From NCBI GenBank assembly GCA_963693365.1, contig CAVNZM010000013.1:2698449-2762448 (forward strand): DNA of 64,000 nucleotides. The letters run 5' to 3'. Source of the stretch: Amoebidium appalachense (Eukaryota > Protista > Ichthyosporea). Below, one piece after another: positions 22,408-33,853 of this stretch. Below the pieces are notes generated by a model. That model saw only the letters and a list, made by a program, of their open reading frames with translations. It was not told where the DNA came from and did no database searches. Every line of letters begins with the position of its first letter. Positions within the stretch are counted from its first letter, which is position 1. The translations under genes and the position numbers were made by a program.

Positions 22408-24072
22408 GAGAGAGGGGGGACAGTGTATTCTCTCTGCATTAATATCGGGTGCATGTAATTCGGGTGTCTGGTTACTCTGAGGGGGAGGGGGGAGGGGGGG
22501 GGATTTGCTCAAATTATCCCCTCTGCAATATATTAGGTAGAGGACAATTCACTAAGTGTGGATTTTTACCATTAGTGACTTGCACCCCCCCCCCCCCCCC
22601 CCCCCTCCACTCTACCCACACACACAGGCGATCCAATCGATCCGCTATGCCGAAAAGCAACGCCGCGCCCGTCGAAACACGCACAGAGCACCACCCTCCC
22701 TGGGTATCGAACAGACACCTGCACAGATACAGCATCTGTTTACCTCTGCAAAGGAGACCCCCCTATCCCCTCTGGTCGTCCCTGGGTCTAAGCCGTGGAT
22801 TGCTCCGTTGGACTTGGGCCGTGCGGCAAGCGTGGGGTATGTATATTCATGTGTATGTGCTTTTTCTTTTCGGGTTCCCTTTCTTTCTTTTTTTCTTTTT
22901 TTCTTTTTTTTGGCATGTGTGTGTGATCGGAGAGGGGGGCCAATTGGGCCGTGCGGCAAGCATGGGGTATGTATACATGTGTATGCGTTTTTCTTTTCGG
23001 CTCACCCCCCTCCCCCCTACCCCTACCCACCCACACAAGCACCTCCCCCCCCCCCCCCCCCCCCCCTTTCCCCCCAACCTCCTCTCCCATCCCTTCCCCT
23101 CCCCACCCACCCTCTTTTTCCCCTCTTCCACCCCCCCCCCCCCCCCCCCCCACCCCCACCCTCTCCCCACCCACCCTCTCTTCCCCCCACCCCCCACCCC
23201 CCACCCCCACCCCCCATTCCCCACCCCTTACCCCCCACCCCCTTGAAGGCCCCCCATCCTCCATATCCCCCCCCCCAAACACACACACCACCTTTTCCAC
23301 ACAGTAAAACCGACGAATACGACATGCGTGGAGAGGAGGGGCAAACGGGAGCACAGGAGGAGCAGATATGGTCGTTGGAGGGGGCACAGTGGCGCCTGTT
23401 TCGGGTGGTGGACGGGTGTGCTGTGTGGAGATTGTGGGAGCCTAAGACGGGGAGGGCGGTGAGCGAGGAGACGAGCGACCACGCTATGTTTATCAACAAC
23501 ACTGTGTTTAAGGTGATTAGTCCCTCACTGCAGCTAATATTTAGTATGTCGGATTGTGTACTGTTAAACATCAGTTTTATCAACTATTACCTATTGATGT
23601 TGTGTAAATTGATCTATTATATAGATGTCAATCGTATCAAATATAGGGGCAAGGGGTCGAGTGACCACACTATGTTTATCAACAACACTGTGTTCAAGGT
23701 AGTAAGTCCCTCACTGCAGCTATTTTAGTATGTCGATCGTGTAAAGTAAACATCAGTTGTGTCAACTATACCTGATAATTTAATGGTAAATTTGTCTATT
23801 GAAAATATATCTCCGTTATGTCAATTGTATAAAATATATAGGCGCTCTGTTTATTAACAACACCGTGTTCAAGGTTATGAGCCCGTCACTGCAGCTATAT
23901 CAGTAATTGTGTTAAGTATGTCGATTATGTACAATATTTCAGTTGTAACTTAAGTACAATATTTCAGTTGTAACAATCGGCCTTTTGTACCACTTATCGA
24001 TCAATAGCACCTGTATCTACTAAATCTTGTGCCAATCATTGCCAATATCAAGCTCACTCCACACACGTTCAT

Positions 24073-24136
<64 letters not shown>

Positions 24137-24520
24137 ACACGCGCACCCTTTTTTTTTCGCTTTTCATTTCCCATCTCCTTACCCGTCCTCTGCAACACAC
24201 TAACTAACCCCCCTCTCCCCCAGTCTCTCGGCCTAGGCCTCCTGATGCTGACCGTTTTAGCCTTAAAAGGCTACGACTGGCTCGCATTGGTTGGTGGGCT
24301 GTGCGTTTCAGCTGGGATTCTGAACGGCATGGCCCAATCAAAATCCGAGTTCACGCCGTGGACGTTCTACACCGGGGACATAGTCAGAGGCAGTCCCCGG
24401 CCCATTTGCCAGGCACTGTTGAACATCGAACTGATGCCAAAGTTGATTCCTGCTGTGTCCTTTGTATGTATCCACCCCCCCCCCCCCCCCCCCCCCTTCA
24501 CCCCCCCCCCTCCCCCCTCA

Positions 24521-24592
<72 letters not shown>

Positions 24593-25013
24593 ATCAGCCC
24601 GCCTTCCCTCTCCCGCCACCCCCAACTAGTTGCTGCTGGGTCCTTTGTACCCAACACCCACCCCCTCCCCCCTCCCTCCCTCCCTCCCCCCACCCCCTCC
24701 CCCCCTTCCACAAATACACACATGCCCTCATCACCACGCCTTCGCCCCCTCCCCCCGCACATACATTACCGTCTAAGAGCCACACCGGCATACAATGATG
24801 CCATCCGACATACAAACACTACGTAACAACTCCCCTCCTCCCTCCCAGTCCCCCCCCCCCCCCCCCCCCCCTCCCCCCCCCCCCCCTCCCCCCCCCCCTT
24901 TTTTTAAACTTAAAATGCATACCATTTATATGTGCCCCTTCCTGTGAAATCATTGTGTTGTCTGTCGTGAAAATATGTGCTTCGTAATCAGTAACGGATA
25001 TTAAAACTGATCC

Positions 25014-25045
<32 letters not shown>

Positions 25046-25108
25046 ACACCACCACCACCACCACCACCAACCCACCCACCCTTCCAAAATGCATGCACAC
25101 ACACTCAC

Positions 25109-25165
<57 letters not shown>

Positions 25166-25182
25166 ACACATACACACACACA

Positions 25183-25254
<72 letters not shown>

Positions 25255-25698
25255 CCCCCCCTTCCCCCACCCACCCACCCACCCATCCACCCACACACAC
25301 ACACACACGTACACAGGCAGAGGTAGTAGAGACCATCAACGAATACACGGACATCATCTACCTGTGCTTCAAACCCGTGTGGCTGGCCGGGTTCTATGCC
25401 CGCCCACGTGACGTGGTGCTGCTCCGCTATTGGAGGAAGGAGGAGGACGGCAGCCGCTTGGTCGTTTATCAGAGCACCACCCATCTCAAGAAACCAAAGA
25501 GGAGAGGGTATGTAATCCCCCCCCCCCCCCCCCCCCTTTCTCCTCCCCCCCCCCCCTCCCCCCCAACACACACACCCCTCCCGTAGCATGTCTGTCTCCC
25601 TCTACCCCCCCCCCCCCCTCTCTCCTCCCCCCTCCCCCCGTCTCTCTTGTTGCCCTCCCTCCCCCCTCTCTCCTCGTCTTTCTGCCTCCCTCCCCGCT

Positions 25699-25729
<31 letters not shown>

Positions 25730-26213
25730 CGCCCTATTTAGAACATGCTCTTTTTGAAACCTTCTCCTCCTCTGTCCATCTCTATACATTTTAGACTATG
25801 TCCCCTCGATCGTTCCCTGCCCATACACATATTCTCCCCCCCCCCTCCCCCCCTTGCCCCACACACACACGCAGGCACGCACGCGCACACACACACACCC
25901 CTCACCCCACACGTCAAAGACACCTTCCTCCTCCCCCCCCCCCCCCTCTCTTTACCACCACCATCAGAACATGCTGGTTTTGATAATGGCATTTCCGACG
26001 TTGCACCTAAACCTCAACCCCCCTCCCCCCCCCCCCCCCCCCTTTCTCCCGGCGCCTGCCACGCCTGTCCCGCTCCCCTGCCGAAACACACATACACAGC
26101 TCACTTACCCCCCCCCCCCCCCCCCATCCCTATCCCCACCACACACACACATGCACACACGATTACACACACACACACACACACACCTGCATACACGCAC
26201 GCGCACAACCCCC

Positions 26214-26244
<31 letters not shown>

Positions 26245-27399
26245 AAAAAAAAAAAAAAAACAAACACCCATGCACAGTTTTGTACGCGGCCACATCTCTG
26301 CCGCCGCAGTTGTTATCTCCCCGGAGCATCCAGAAATTACGGCCACTCGCGGATCACCCCTACCACGCAGCATGGTTTCAGTCATCTACAACTACAGCCC
26401 CATGGGCATAGGCACGATTGTGTCTGTCGTGCTCAGGCAATTGAACTTCGTCACACCGTGGTTGTTGCAGGTGTGTACGTGTATGTACGTGTGTGTGTTT
26501 GTGTGTGTTTTTTTTTGGGGGGGGGGGGGGGGGGGGGGGACTTTCGTCAACATATCCTCATGCTACAACTTCATACAAACTTGTTTTCAATGTTTTCAAT
26601 GTCTCTGCTGGCACACTTGCCACCAGTGATATACCCCCCCCCCCCCCCCCCCCCCCCCCCCCTGCTCCCTCCCCTCCCCTCCCCCTCCCCCCCTCCACCA
26701 CTCCTCCCCCTCTCCTTTTCTAACACACCTCATTCCTTTATAACCCATAACAGGTTCGCACCCTCCAGCACTTCATGAACCTCGAAGACTTTGTCCACCC
26801 ACACGTCCCCCTATAAAAAAAAAACAAAAAATAAAAAATCCCCCCCCCCCCCCCCCCCTCCCCATCTTTTTTTCTAACACACATTATTCCACCTTAACCC
26901 ATGACAGGTTCACACCCTCCAGCACTTCATGAACCTCAGAGACTTTGTCCACCCACACGCCCTCCTTTCACAAAACAAAATAATAAACAAAAAATAACCC
27001 CCCTTCCCCCCACCCCCTCTCCCTCCTCCCCCCTCCCCATCTTTTTTTTTTCTAACACACCTCATTCACTCTTAACCCATTATAGGTTCGTACCCTCCAG
27101 CACTTCATGAACCTCAAAGACTTTGTCCACCCACACGTCACCATGGCCGCATCCAACCCTGACGAAGAAAAACTCGAATCCTTAACCCTGGACTTGCGCG
27201 GTCTCGTCATGGGCGTGGATCGCATTCCGACCTCGGTGAATCCTCGATCGTATCACGAACCCGATGGTAGCTTGTTCCAAGTACGAGGTGCAAATTATCT
27301 GCTGGATGGGGTTAAGGTCAGGGCGGAGAGTTCTGTCTTCCGATTGGTCGCAATGGATGTGTTTGCGTTTGAAGATCCTGATCACAGGTTAGTGGATAG

Positions 27400-27436
<37 letters not shown>

Positions 27437-28935
27437 ACACACACACCTACAAAAAAAAAATAAAAAAATTGTGTGTGCCCACAGACACACACACACACAC
27501 ACACACAAAGACGCACCACCACCACCACCATCACCTTTTGTTTTGTTTTTCTTCTTCTGTTGATTGGCTCTGTTCAATATGCCTCTGCTTGCACATGAAT
27601 TTGGTGTTTTTGTGCTGCTTTGCTTGCGGTTGGTCTTTGCCAAAATCCGGCAATCATCGAAGGATGACTAAACCTAAACGAATAGCAGAATAATGAAAGG
27701 TGAAACTGAGAAAAGCAAGAAACAAAAAAAAGCAAGAAAGAAAGAAAGGGGAAACATCCTGCGTGCCGGCTCCTCCCTACCTCCTGCCGCCGCAAAACCA
27801 ACAACCCAACCTACGAATGCTACTAACACGCACACATACACACACACACACACACACACAAACAACCACGTACACACACACACACACACGTACACACACA
27901 CACACACACGTACACACACGTACACACACGTACACACGTACACACACACGTATACGTACACATACAGATACTCTCTGTGCCTCCGTCCAGACAGCCTCGT
28001 CTCCAGAATCGCCTCCGGCAGCATCAAGGCCCATTACCAAAAACCCCCCTCAACCCCGGCCGCCACGCGAAGATTCCAAACCGCGCCGCAGCAAACCCCC
28101 ACCAATCTCAACAACCTGCCTAGCACCCTGAAAATCCCCACCTCCCAGCAGGGGATGGGGGGGGCTGGATCCGCGAACGAAATTCCGTTTACGTTTGTGG
28201 TCAACATGGTAGTGCCTTGCGCCGACAACCTAGCGGTGGTGATGTATTTTCAGCCGATATCGCGCGATTGGGAGCGGCACCACCCAGGGTTTGCAAATCT
28301 GCTGAAGCAGTTTATGGAGGGGGATGATGAGTTCAGAAACAACCGGTTCAAGCTGATACCGAATATAGTCGAGGGCAGTTTTATCCTGAGGAAGGCTGTG
28401 CCTAGCAGGCCCGTGATCATTGGCAATAAGGTGAAAAAAAAGGGTCGCTGGGTGGGTGGGTGGGTGGTGTTTTGGAGGGGAGGCGATGTACGTAATGAAC
28501 TGGTTTTAAGTTTTGGCTCCTTTTTTTTTTTTTGGGGGGGGGGGGGGGGGGGGAGGGGGGGGGGGGGGGAGGGGGGGGGGGGGGGGGGGAGGGTTGAGGG
28601 GGAGGGAAGGGGAGGAAGGGAGGGCGGGATGATCGGGAAAAAAGTGTGTGTGTGGGGGGGGGGAGGAGGGGGGAGGGGGTTTTTCCGGACATACTTAATC
28701 TGGGTGTACCCTTTCCGTTGTCTTTTTCCCGCGGGGGGTGGGGGGGGGGGGGGGGGGGGTTGGCGGGGAGGGGGAGGGGAGAGGGGGAGGGGGGAGAGGG
28801 CGGATGATATATGTGTTGTATTCCTTGAATGTGTGTGTGTGTTATTTCGTTATTGTTCTCCTGCAGGTCTAGGAGCATTCACACATGCATGTGCGTGTGT
28901 GTGCGTGTGTGCGTATGCATGCCCGCATGTCGACC

Positions 28936-28966
<31 letters not shown>

Positions 28967-29100
28967 AAAAAAAAAGATTTTTTGTTTTGCTACCACCTCG
29001 ATATCCCCCGCCTTCCTTTCTCCTCCCCGTCCCCTCCCTCCCCTCTTCAATCCCTCTTCCTGCACAAGAAAACACACCCGACAAATGCATAGGCGCACGA

Positions 29101-29142
<42 letters not shown>

Positions 29143-29238
29143 TGCACCAACGCTCAACCACCAACCACTAATAATGAAAAGATTCTCAAACTGCGGCAGC
29201 AACGCAAGCACAACACCAAAACAAGAAAAGAACCCCCC

Positions 29239-29269
<31 letters not shown>

Positions 29270-29560
29270 AAAAAAAGGTGAAACAAAACCAACCAACCCC
29301 CGCCTTTCCCCCCACCACAGGGCCTACGTATGGTCTACACCAAGGGGCCCAACTGGTACGAAGTAGACGTGGACGTGGCAAGCGACCCAACCGCACGCAG
29401 TCTGTGCGGGATGGCCTTAGGCGCTACAAAATCGCTCACTGTCGATTTGGCCTATCTCATAGAGGGCCAAGCTCCCTCGGAGCTCCCAGAGTCTATTTTG
29501 GGCGCGGTTAGGTTCGATCATATTGACTTGGCGAACTGTACGCGTGTACCTAAGAAATGA
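18790..29560 (+). CDS. EDR2: EDR2-like PH-START-DUF1336 (EDR2_C) lipid-binding protein, ~812 aa. Exons: 18790-18957, 19704-19832, 21038-21133, 22628-22836, 23305-23512, 24224-24463, 25317-25507, 26278-26470, 27086-27387, 27968-28430, 29321-29560
   Basis: 11 phase-compatible GT-AG exons. PH: [38 protein letters not shown]: [41 protein letters not shown]2_C: [63 protein letters not shown]. Confidence 0.88.
20381..20582. mobile_element. ~200-bp fold-back MITE in EDR2-like intron 2
   Basis: Left arm aagggttcaaacagactacgtaccc..tcagactagcaaaatttagccgccgccggctaagattgcta pairs with right arm tagcaatcttagccggcggcggctaaattttgctagtctga..gggtacgtagtctgttttgaaccctt (~70-bp arms). No clean TSD; superfamily not assigned. 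Confidence 0.8.
21768..22277. mobile_element. ~510-bp non-autonomous TIR element flanked by AATT, in EDR2-like intron 3
   Basis: Left aatt|taccggtctcagacctaattg; right end reverse-complemented aatt|caccggtttcagatccctaattg; interior is microsatellite-free unlike the host intron. Confidence 0.72.
23472..23950 (+). repeat. Three degenerate tandem copies (~180 bp) of the EDR2-like exon 5 end plus donor
   Basis: tgtttat(c/t)aacaacac(t/c)gtgtt(t/c)aag|gt ends at 23512, 23698 and 23873, each followed by cc.tcactgcagcta. Confidence 0.9.
26715..27140 (+). repeat. Three tandem copies (~160 bp) of the EDR2-like exon 9 acceptor plus exon start
   Basis: tctaacacac..taacccat..ag|gttc..accctccagcacttcatgaacctc..agactttgtccacccacacg with exon-like starts at 26754, 26908 and 27086. 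Confidence 0.9.
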
Positions 29561-29776
29561 TCGAGCGTACTGCTATGATCTTGAGGGAATTTGGTCTAGT
29601 CTAGCTTGGGGGTTGAAGATTCGATCATAGTGACTTGGGTTATTGTACGCGTGTACCTAAGAATTGATCCGAGTGTGCTAATATGATCTTGAGGGATATT
29701 CGTCCAATCTAGCTTGGGGTAGGAAGATTTGATCATATTGACTTGGGTATTTCCACGTGTGTACCTAAGCACTGAC
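29513..29776 (+). repeat. Three tandem copies (~108 bp) of the EDR2-like C-terminal codons plus stop
   Basis: tt(c/t)gatcata.tgacttgg...gtgtacctaag...tga near 29513, 29620 and 29728. Confidence 0.88.
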
Positions 29777-30371
29777 ACGAGAATGTGCCTTGTGGGAGAG
29801 TGACAGAATCTAGAATTAATATTAGACGTGCATGCCAAGGGGTTGAAGGTTAGAGGGGTGGTGACAGGAGGTGGTGATGTGAGGATGATGGAGAGTGGAG
29901 GGTTGTGGGGTGGGGTGTTGCATGGGGTGGGACGGAGTGGGGCTGGGTAATGATATGTGTGTACAGTGTGCATGTGTGGGTGGGTGGGTGGTGGGGTGGG
30001 GGATGGGGGTGTGTGTGTGTGGGGGGGTCGTCTCCGTGTCTGTGTCGGCTTTCTGTCTCTCAGTCTCTCTCTCGCTCTGTGCCCGCGCGTGTGTGTGTAC
30101 GAGCATGCTTGTGCACGCACGTGCATGTTTGCGTTCTATCGTAGCGAGTTCTGAGCCTTGTGTTGTGGGGTGGACGGGTGGAAGCTGAGGTTTTATTTGT
30201 GGAATTTATTGACATAAATATTTTTCTGGGTAAACACGTAGGATGGGTGTCCAATATCAACACAACCATGTAGGCTTCGTTTCGTGTTTTAGCAGTTCGC
30301 GTTCGGCTGCCCGCATACGGGCACCTATTAGCCGATCAAAACGTCAGATCTCCACAGAACACTAGACTGAG

Positions 30372-30452
30372 TTTGATTGGCTCAGGATCAGATTTCACAT
30401 AACACTAGATCGATTTTGATTGGCTCGGATCGGCAGCCTTAGGTATATAAGC
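30372..30452 (+). promoter_or_regulatory. Putative Pol II promoter inside Ngaro repeat A
   Basis: Two ttgattggctc (reverse CCAAT) boxes then ggTATATAAgc ~120 nt upstream of the gag ATG; conserved in the A copies of both elements. Confidence 0.6.
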
Positions 30453-30567
30453 ACGACAGTTTTTAGCAGTTCAGCAAGCAACAGACACATCTATTGTGTT
30501 TAGCACCTACAGCTTTACAGCTATATTTTCCTTTTTCATTCTCCCTATCTTTCCTACGCCGGTCAGC

Positions 30568-31726
30568 ATGCCGCCGAAAAAGCGCCAGGCCTCAGCCACC
30601 GCCCCTGCCGCGGCACCTAAGCGCCTGACCCGCAGCGACCTCCGCCACAGACTGACCAACGCTCCCGCGGGCCCTGACGCGCCTCCGGAGGCCCATGCCA
30701 CCACGGACCCTCCGGCTACTCTCCCCTCTACTCCTCATGTCCCTCCTCAGGCCCCGCCGTCCCCCGCCGATGACTTCTCAAGACGCCGTCCTTGCCGCCC
30801 TCACCGCCATCAGCACCCAGATGGCTGGCGTCCTGGCCGCTCTCACCAACCGCGACCCTCCCGCGCCCCCCGCCGCACCCTCCGCACCCGGGGAGGTTTC
30901 CCCGGGACTGCATCTCGGTCCTGACCTAGACCTACCTGCCCTGCCCGTCATTACAGGTGAGAACACTGGCGACATTCAGCCGGGCACACTGCCGCTTCCC
31001 CCCGCGGATGTGCTGGCAGATTTGCGCGCCAATCGTTTCGTCGACCTGTATAAGTTCACCCCCGCAGCCCTCCTGGCCCCATCCAAGAAAGGCCAGCAGC
31101 TGCGCATGGCCGACGACGGCAGCATCGAGGCTTTTCGCAATGATAAACCCGTTCCCCTGCGTTCACTCGTCATTTGGATCCAAGCTTGGGCCCATTACAT
31201 GGCCGCCAAGCACCACCTCGACCTCCCCACGGACAAGGATGTACTTTGGACTCAGCACATCACTCGCCTCAGCACCCGATACCCGTGGGCCCAGATCCAC
31301 AACTATGACGTGTACGCCCGTACCGTTGCCCACCAGCAGGGCCGGGCTCCGATCGAGTGTCCCAACCTGCTCGCCCAACTCCACCAGGATCTCCTCCTGC
31401 CACCCACTCTGCTGATCCCGGACGCATGTCAGCGCTGTGGCTTCCCCGACCACCCCAGCGCGGCCTGCCCCATGTACCCCAAGCCCGGCTGTGGTCTTGA
31501 CGGCTTCAAGCCGCCACACAAGCCCGGCGGGGGCCAAACCCCCAACCGCCCTGGCCCGCAACTCGGCCCGGCAAAACCGGCCCGACCCGTGGATCTACCC
31601 GCGACACACTGCAGGAATTTCCACATTAACGGTCGGTCCTGCGCTAAGCAGCCCTGCCCCTTCTCCAACGTGTGCCCGCTCTGCTCGGGCACACACCCCC
31701 GCAAAGACTGCAAGCACACTGCCTAG
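30568..31726 (+). pseudogene. Ngaro gag-like ORF, copy 1 (+1 frameshift near 30765)
   Basis: MPPKKRQ... continues in ORF 30695-31726; copy 2 is one uninterrupted frame. C-terminal Zn motifs CQRCGFPDHPSAAC and CRNFH..C..PCPFS.VCPLCSGTHPRKDC. Confidence 0.85.
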
Positions 31727-31998
31727 TCTACGCGCGCACACACAGATAGAACATAGGGGCTAGGAGCTAGGACACACGGGTACAAGGAAACGGAGCTCGG
31801 GAAAACGGGGCAATAGGGCTGAGTACGAAATTTCGCAGGCCAACTACGGCGCCCGCGCGCGCCAAGAATAAATGTCCCTCAACAAAGACGTTATTCTGGC
31901 CACTGCACATAATTTTACTCCCCCCCCATCCCACGAGCCTCCCCCCCTGGCACTCACCAACACTCCCTCCCCCCCCCCCCCCCCCTTCTTCTACCTCT

Positions 31999-32110
31999 GT
32001 GTCCGCCCACACCCCCGCGTGCTCGGGCATCCCCTGCACAGGGCCCCGCTGCCCTCCCTGCAAACCCTCCCTCGGGCCCAGCTGCCCTACTCTATCCCCC
32101 GGGGGCCCTG

Positions 32111-32141
<31 letters not shown>

Positions 32142-33831
32142 GCTGCCGGGATCTCCCCGAGGGTGCCCCACCCTTGCTAACCACACCTTCCCCCGAGGCT
32201 CAGACCCGGAGGCCCGCCCGCTGCCCCAGCACCACATTGACACCTCCCGCCTCCGGGAGCTGCTGGCCACCTACCCAGACCAATCATTCGCCGCGCAGCT
32301 CCTCCACGATGTCGAATTCGGTGTCGACATCGGCTATCGCGGCCCCTCCACCTCTCGGGTGGGCCCCAACCTACCCACCACCCCGGAGGCAGCTGCCGCT
32401 ATCACGGCGGATATTGCCAAAGAAATTGCCCTCGGCCACCTGCGCGGCCCCCTCTCCCTGGCCCAATTCTTTGACGAATTTCCGGTCCACCGTTCCTCCC
32501 CCATCGGCGCCGTTACTAAAACAGGGAACCCCCCCAAGTACCGTCGAATCCACCACCTCTCCTGGCCCCGGGGCAGCAGTGTCAATGCCAGCATCACCTA
32601 CCCCGACGAACTTCAGTACATTCGAGCCCGGGACGTCACCCAGCTCATTCTCGACGCAGGCCCCGGCTGCTACATGGCTGTGGCAGACGTGCAGGCTGCC
32701 TTCCGGCACATGCCCATCCGACCAGAAGACCATCACTTAATGGCATTCAAATGGCAGGGGCATTTTTACGTTGACACCAGACTGCCCTTCGGCCTGAAAT
32801 CTAGCCCAGCCATCTGGGAACGGATCGCGGCCACCCTCCAGTGGCTGGCACACCAGCACAATGTTACCCTCATCCGCCACTACGTAGACGACTGGATTAT
32901 AGTCGCCCCCACCCAAGAGCAGTGCGAACGTCACCTCTCTACCTTCCTGCAACTCTGCCGAGAGCTGCACATTGCCATCTCCGAAGACAAGATGCAGGGC
33001 CCGGCTACCCGTATCGTCTTCATCGGTATCGAATTCGACTCCATCGCCATGGAGGCACGGATCCCTGCTTCCAAAATCTCGGACCTACTCGACCTCACTT
33101 CCCACCCAAAACCCACCATCACCATTCGGGACCTGCAATCCCTCCTCGGCAAACTCACCTGGTGTGCCCAGCTGGTTCCCCCCGGGAGGGCCTTCTCCCA
33201 GCGCCTATGGGCCCTTCTCCGGACCCACCCACACCTTGCCGGCCACCACCACATCCGGCTGACCGCTGCCGCCCGGGCCGACGTAGCCGAATGGCACCAG
33301 TTCCTCACATCATGGAATGGGGTGCACCTCATCACCCCCCCCACATACACCACCCTGGCCACCGATGCTGCCGGATCAGTGGGTCTAGGGGGCCACTGGC
33401 TCGACCAATGGTTTTTCATGCCCTGGTCCCCCTCCACCCAAGCCCTCTATGCTCATGAGGGTAAACTCGGTTCTTCCGTCATCGAACTCCTGGCCATCGC
33501 AGCCGCCGTGGCCCTCTGGGCCTCCTCCTGGTCCACCCACCATGTCCGTATTTTATGCGACAACACGGGTGCTGTGTCGGACCTGCACTCCCGGTCTTCC
33601 CCCCACCCCGTGATGGCCAAACTTATTCGGTTCATCACCCGCATGGAAATGCAATACCAATTTACGTTACAGGCATCCTACCTACCGGGACCCCTCAACC
33701 ATCTAGCCGATGCCATTTCTCGTAACCAACTTCCCCGGGCCCGACGACTCCGACCTTCCCTGCAACCGGAGCCATGCCCCTTCCCCTCCTGGCTCCACGA
33801 GTTCCTAATAGTATCCCTTCCCCTGGGCTAA
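31999..33831 (+). CDS. Ngaro reverse transcriptase-RNase H, copy 1 (frame open from 31771; true start unresolved)
   Basis: YRRIHHLSWP.G.SVN, ADVQAAFRH, LPFGLKSSP, YVDD, LQSLLGKL; RNase H TDAAG, ELLAI, CDN, NHLADAISR. Confidence 0.93.
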
Positions 33832-33853
33832 CCCCCCCCCCCCCCCCCCCCAG

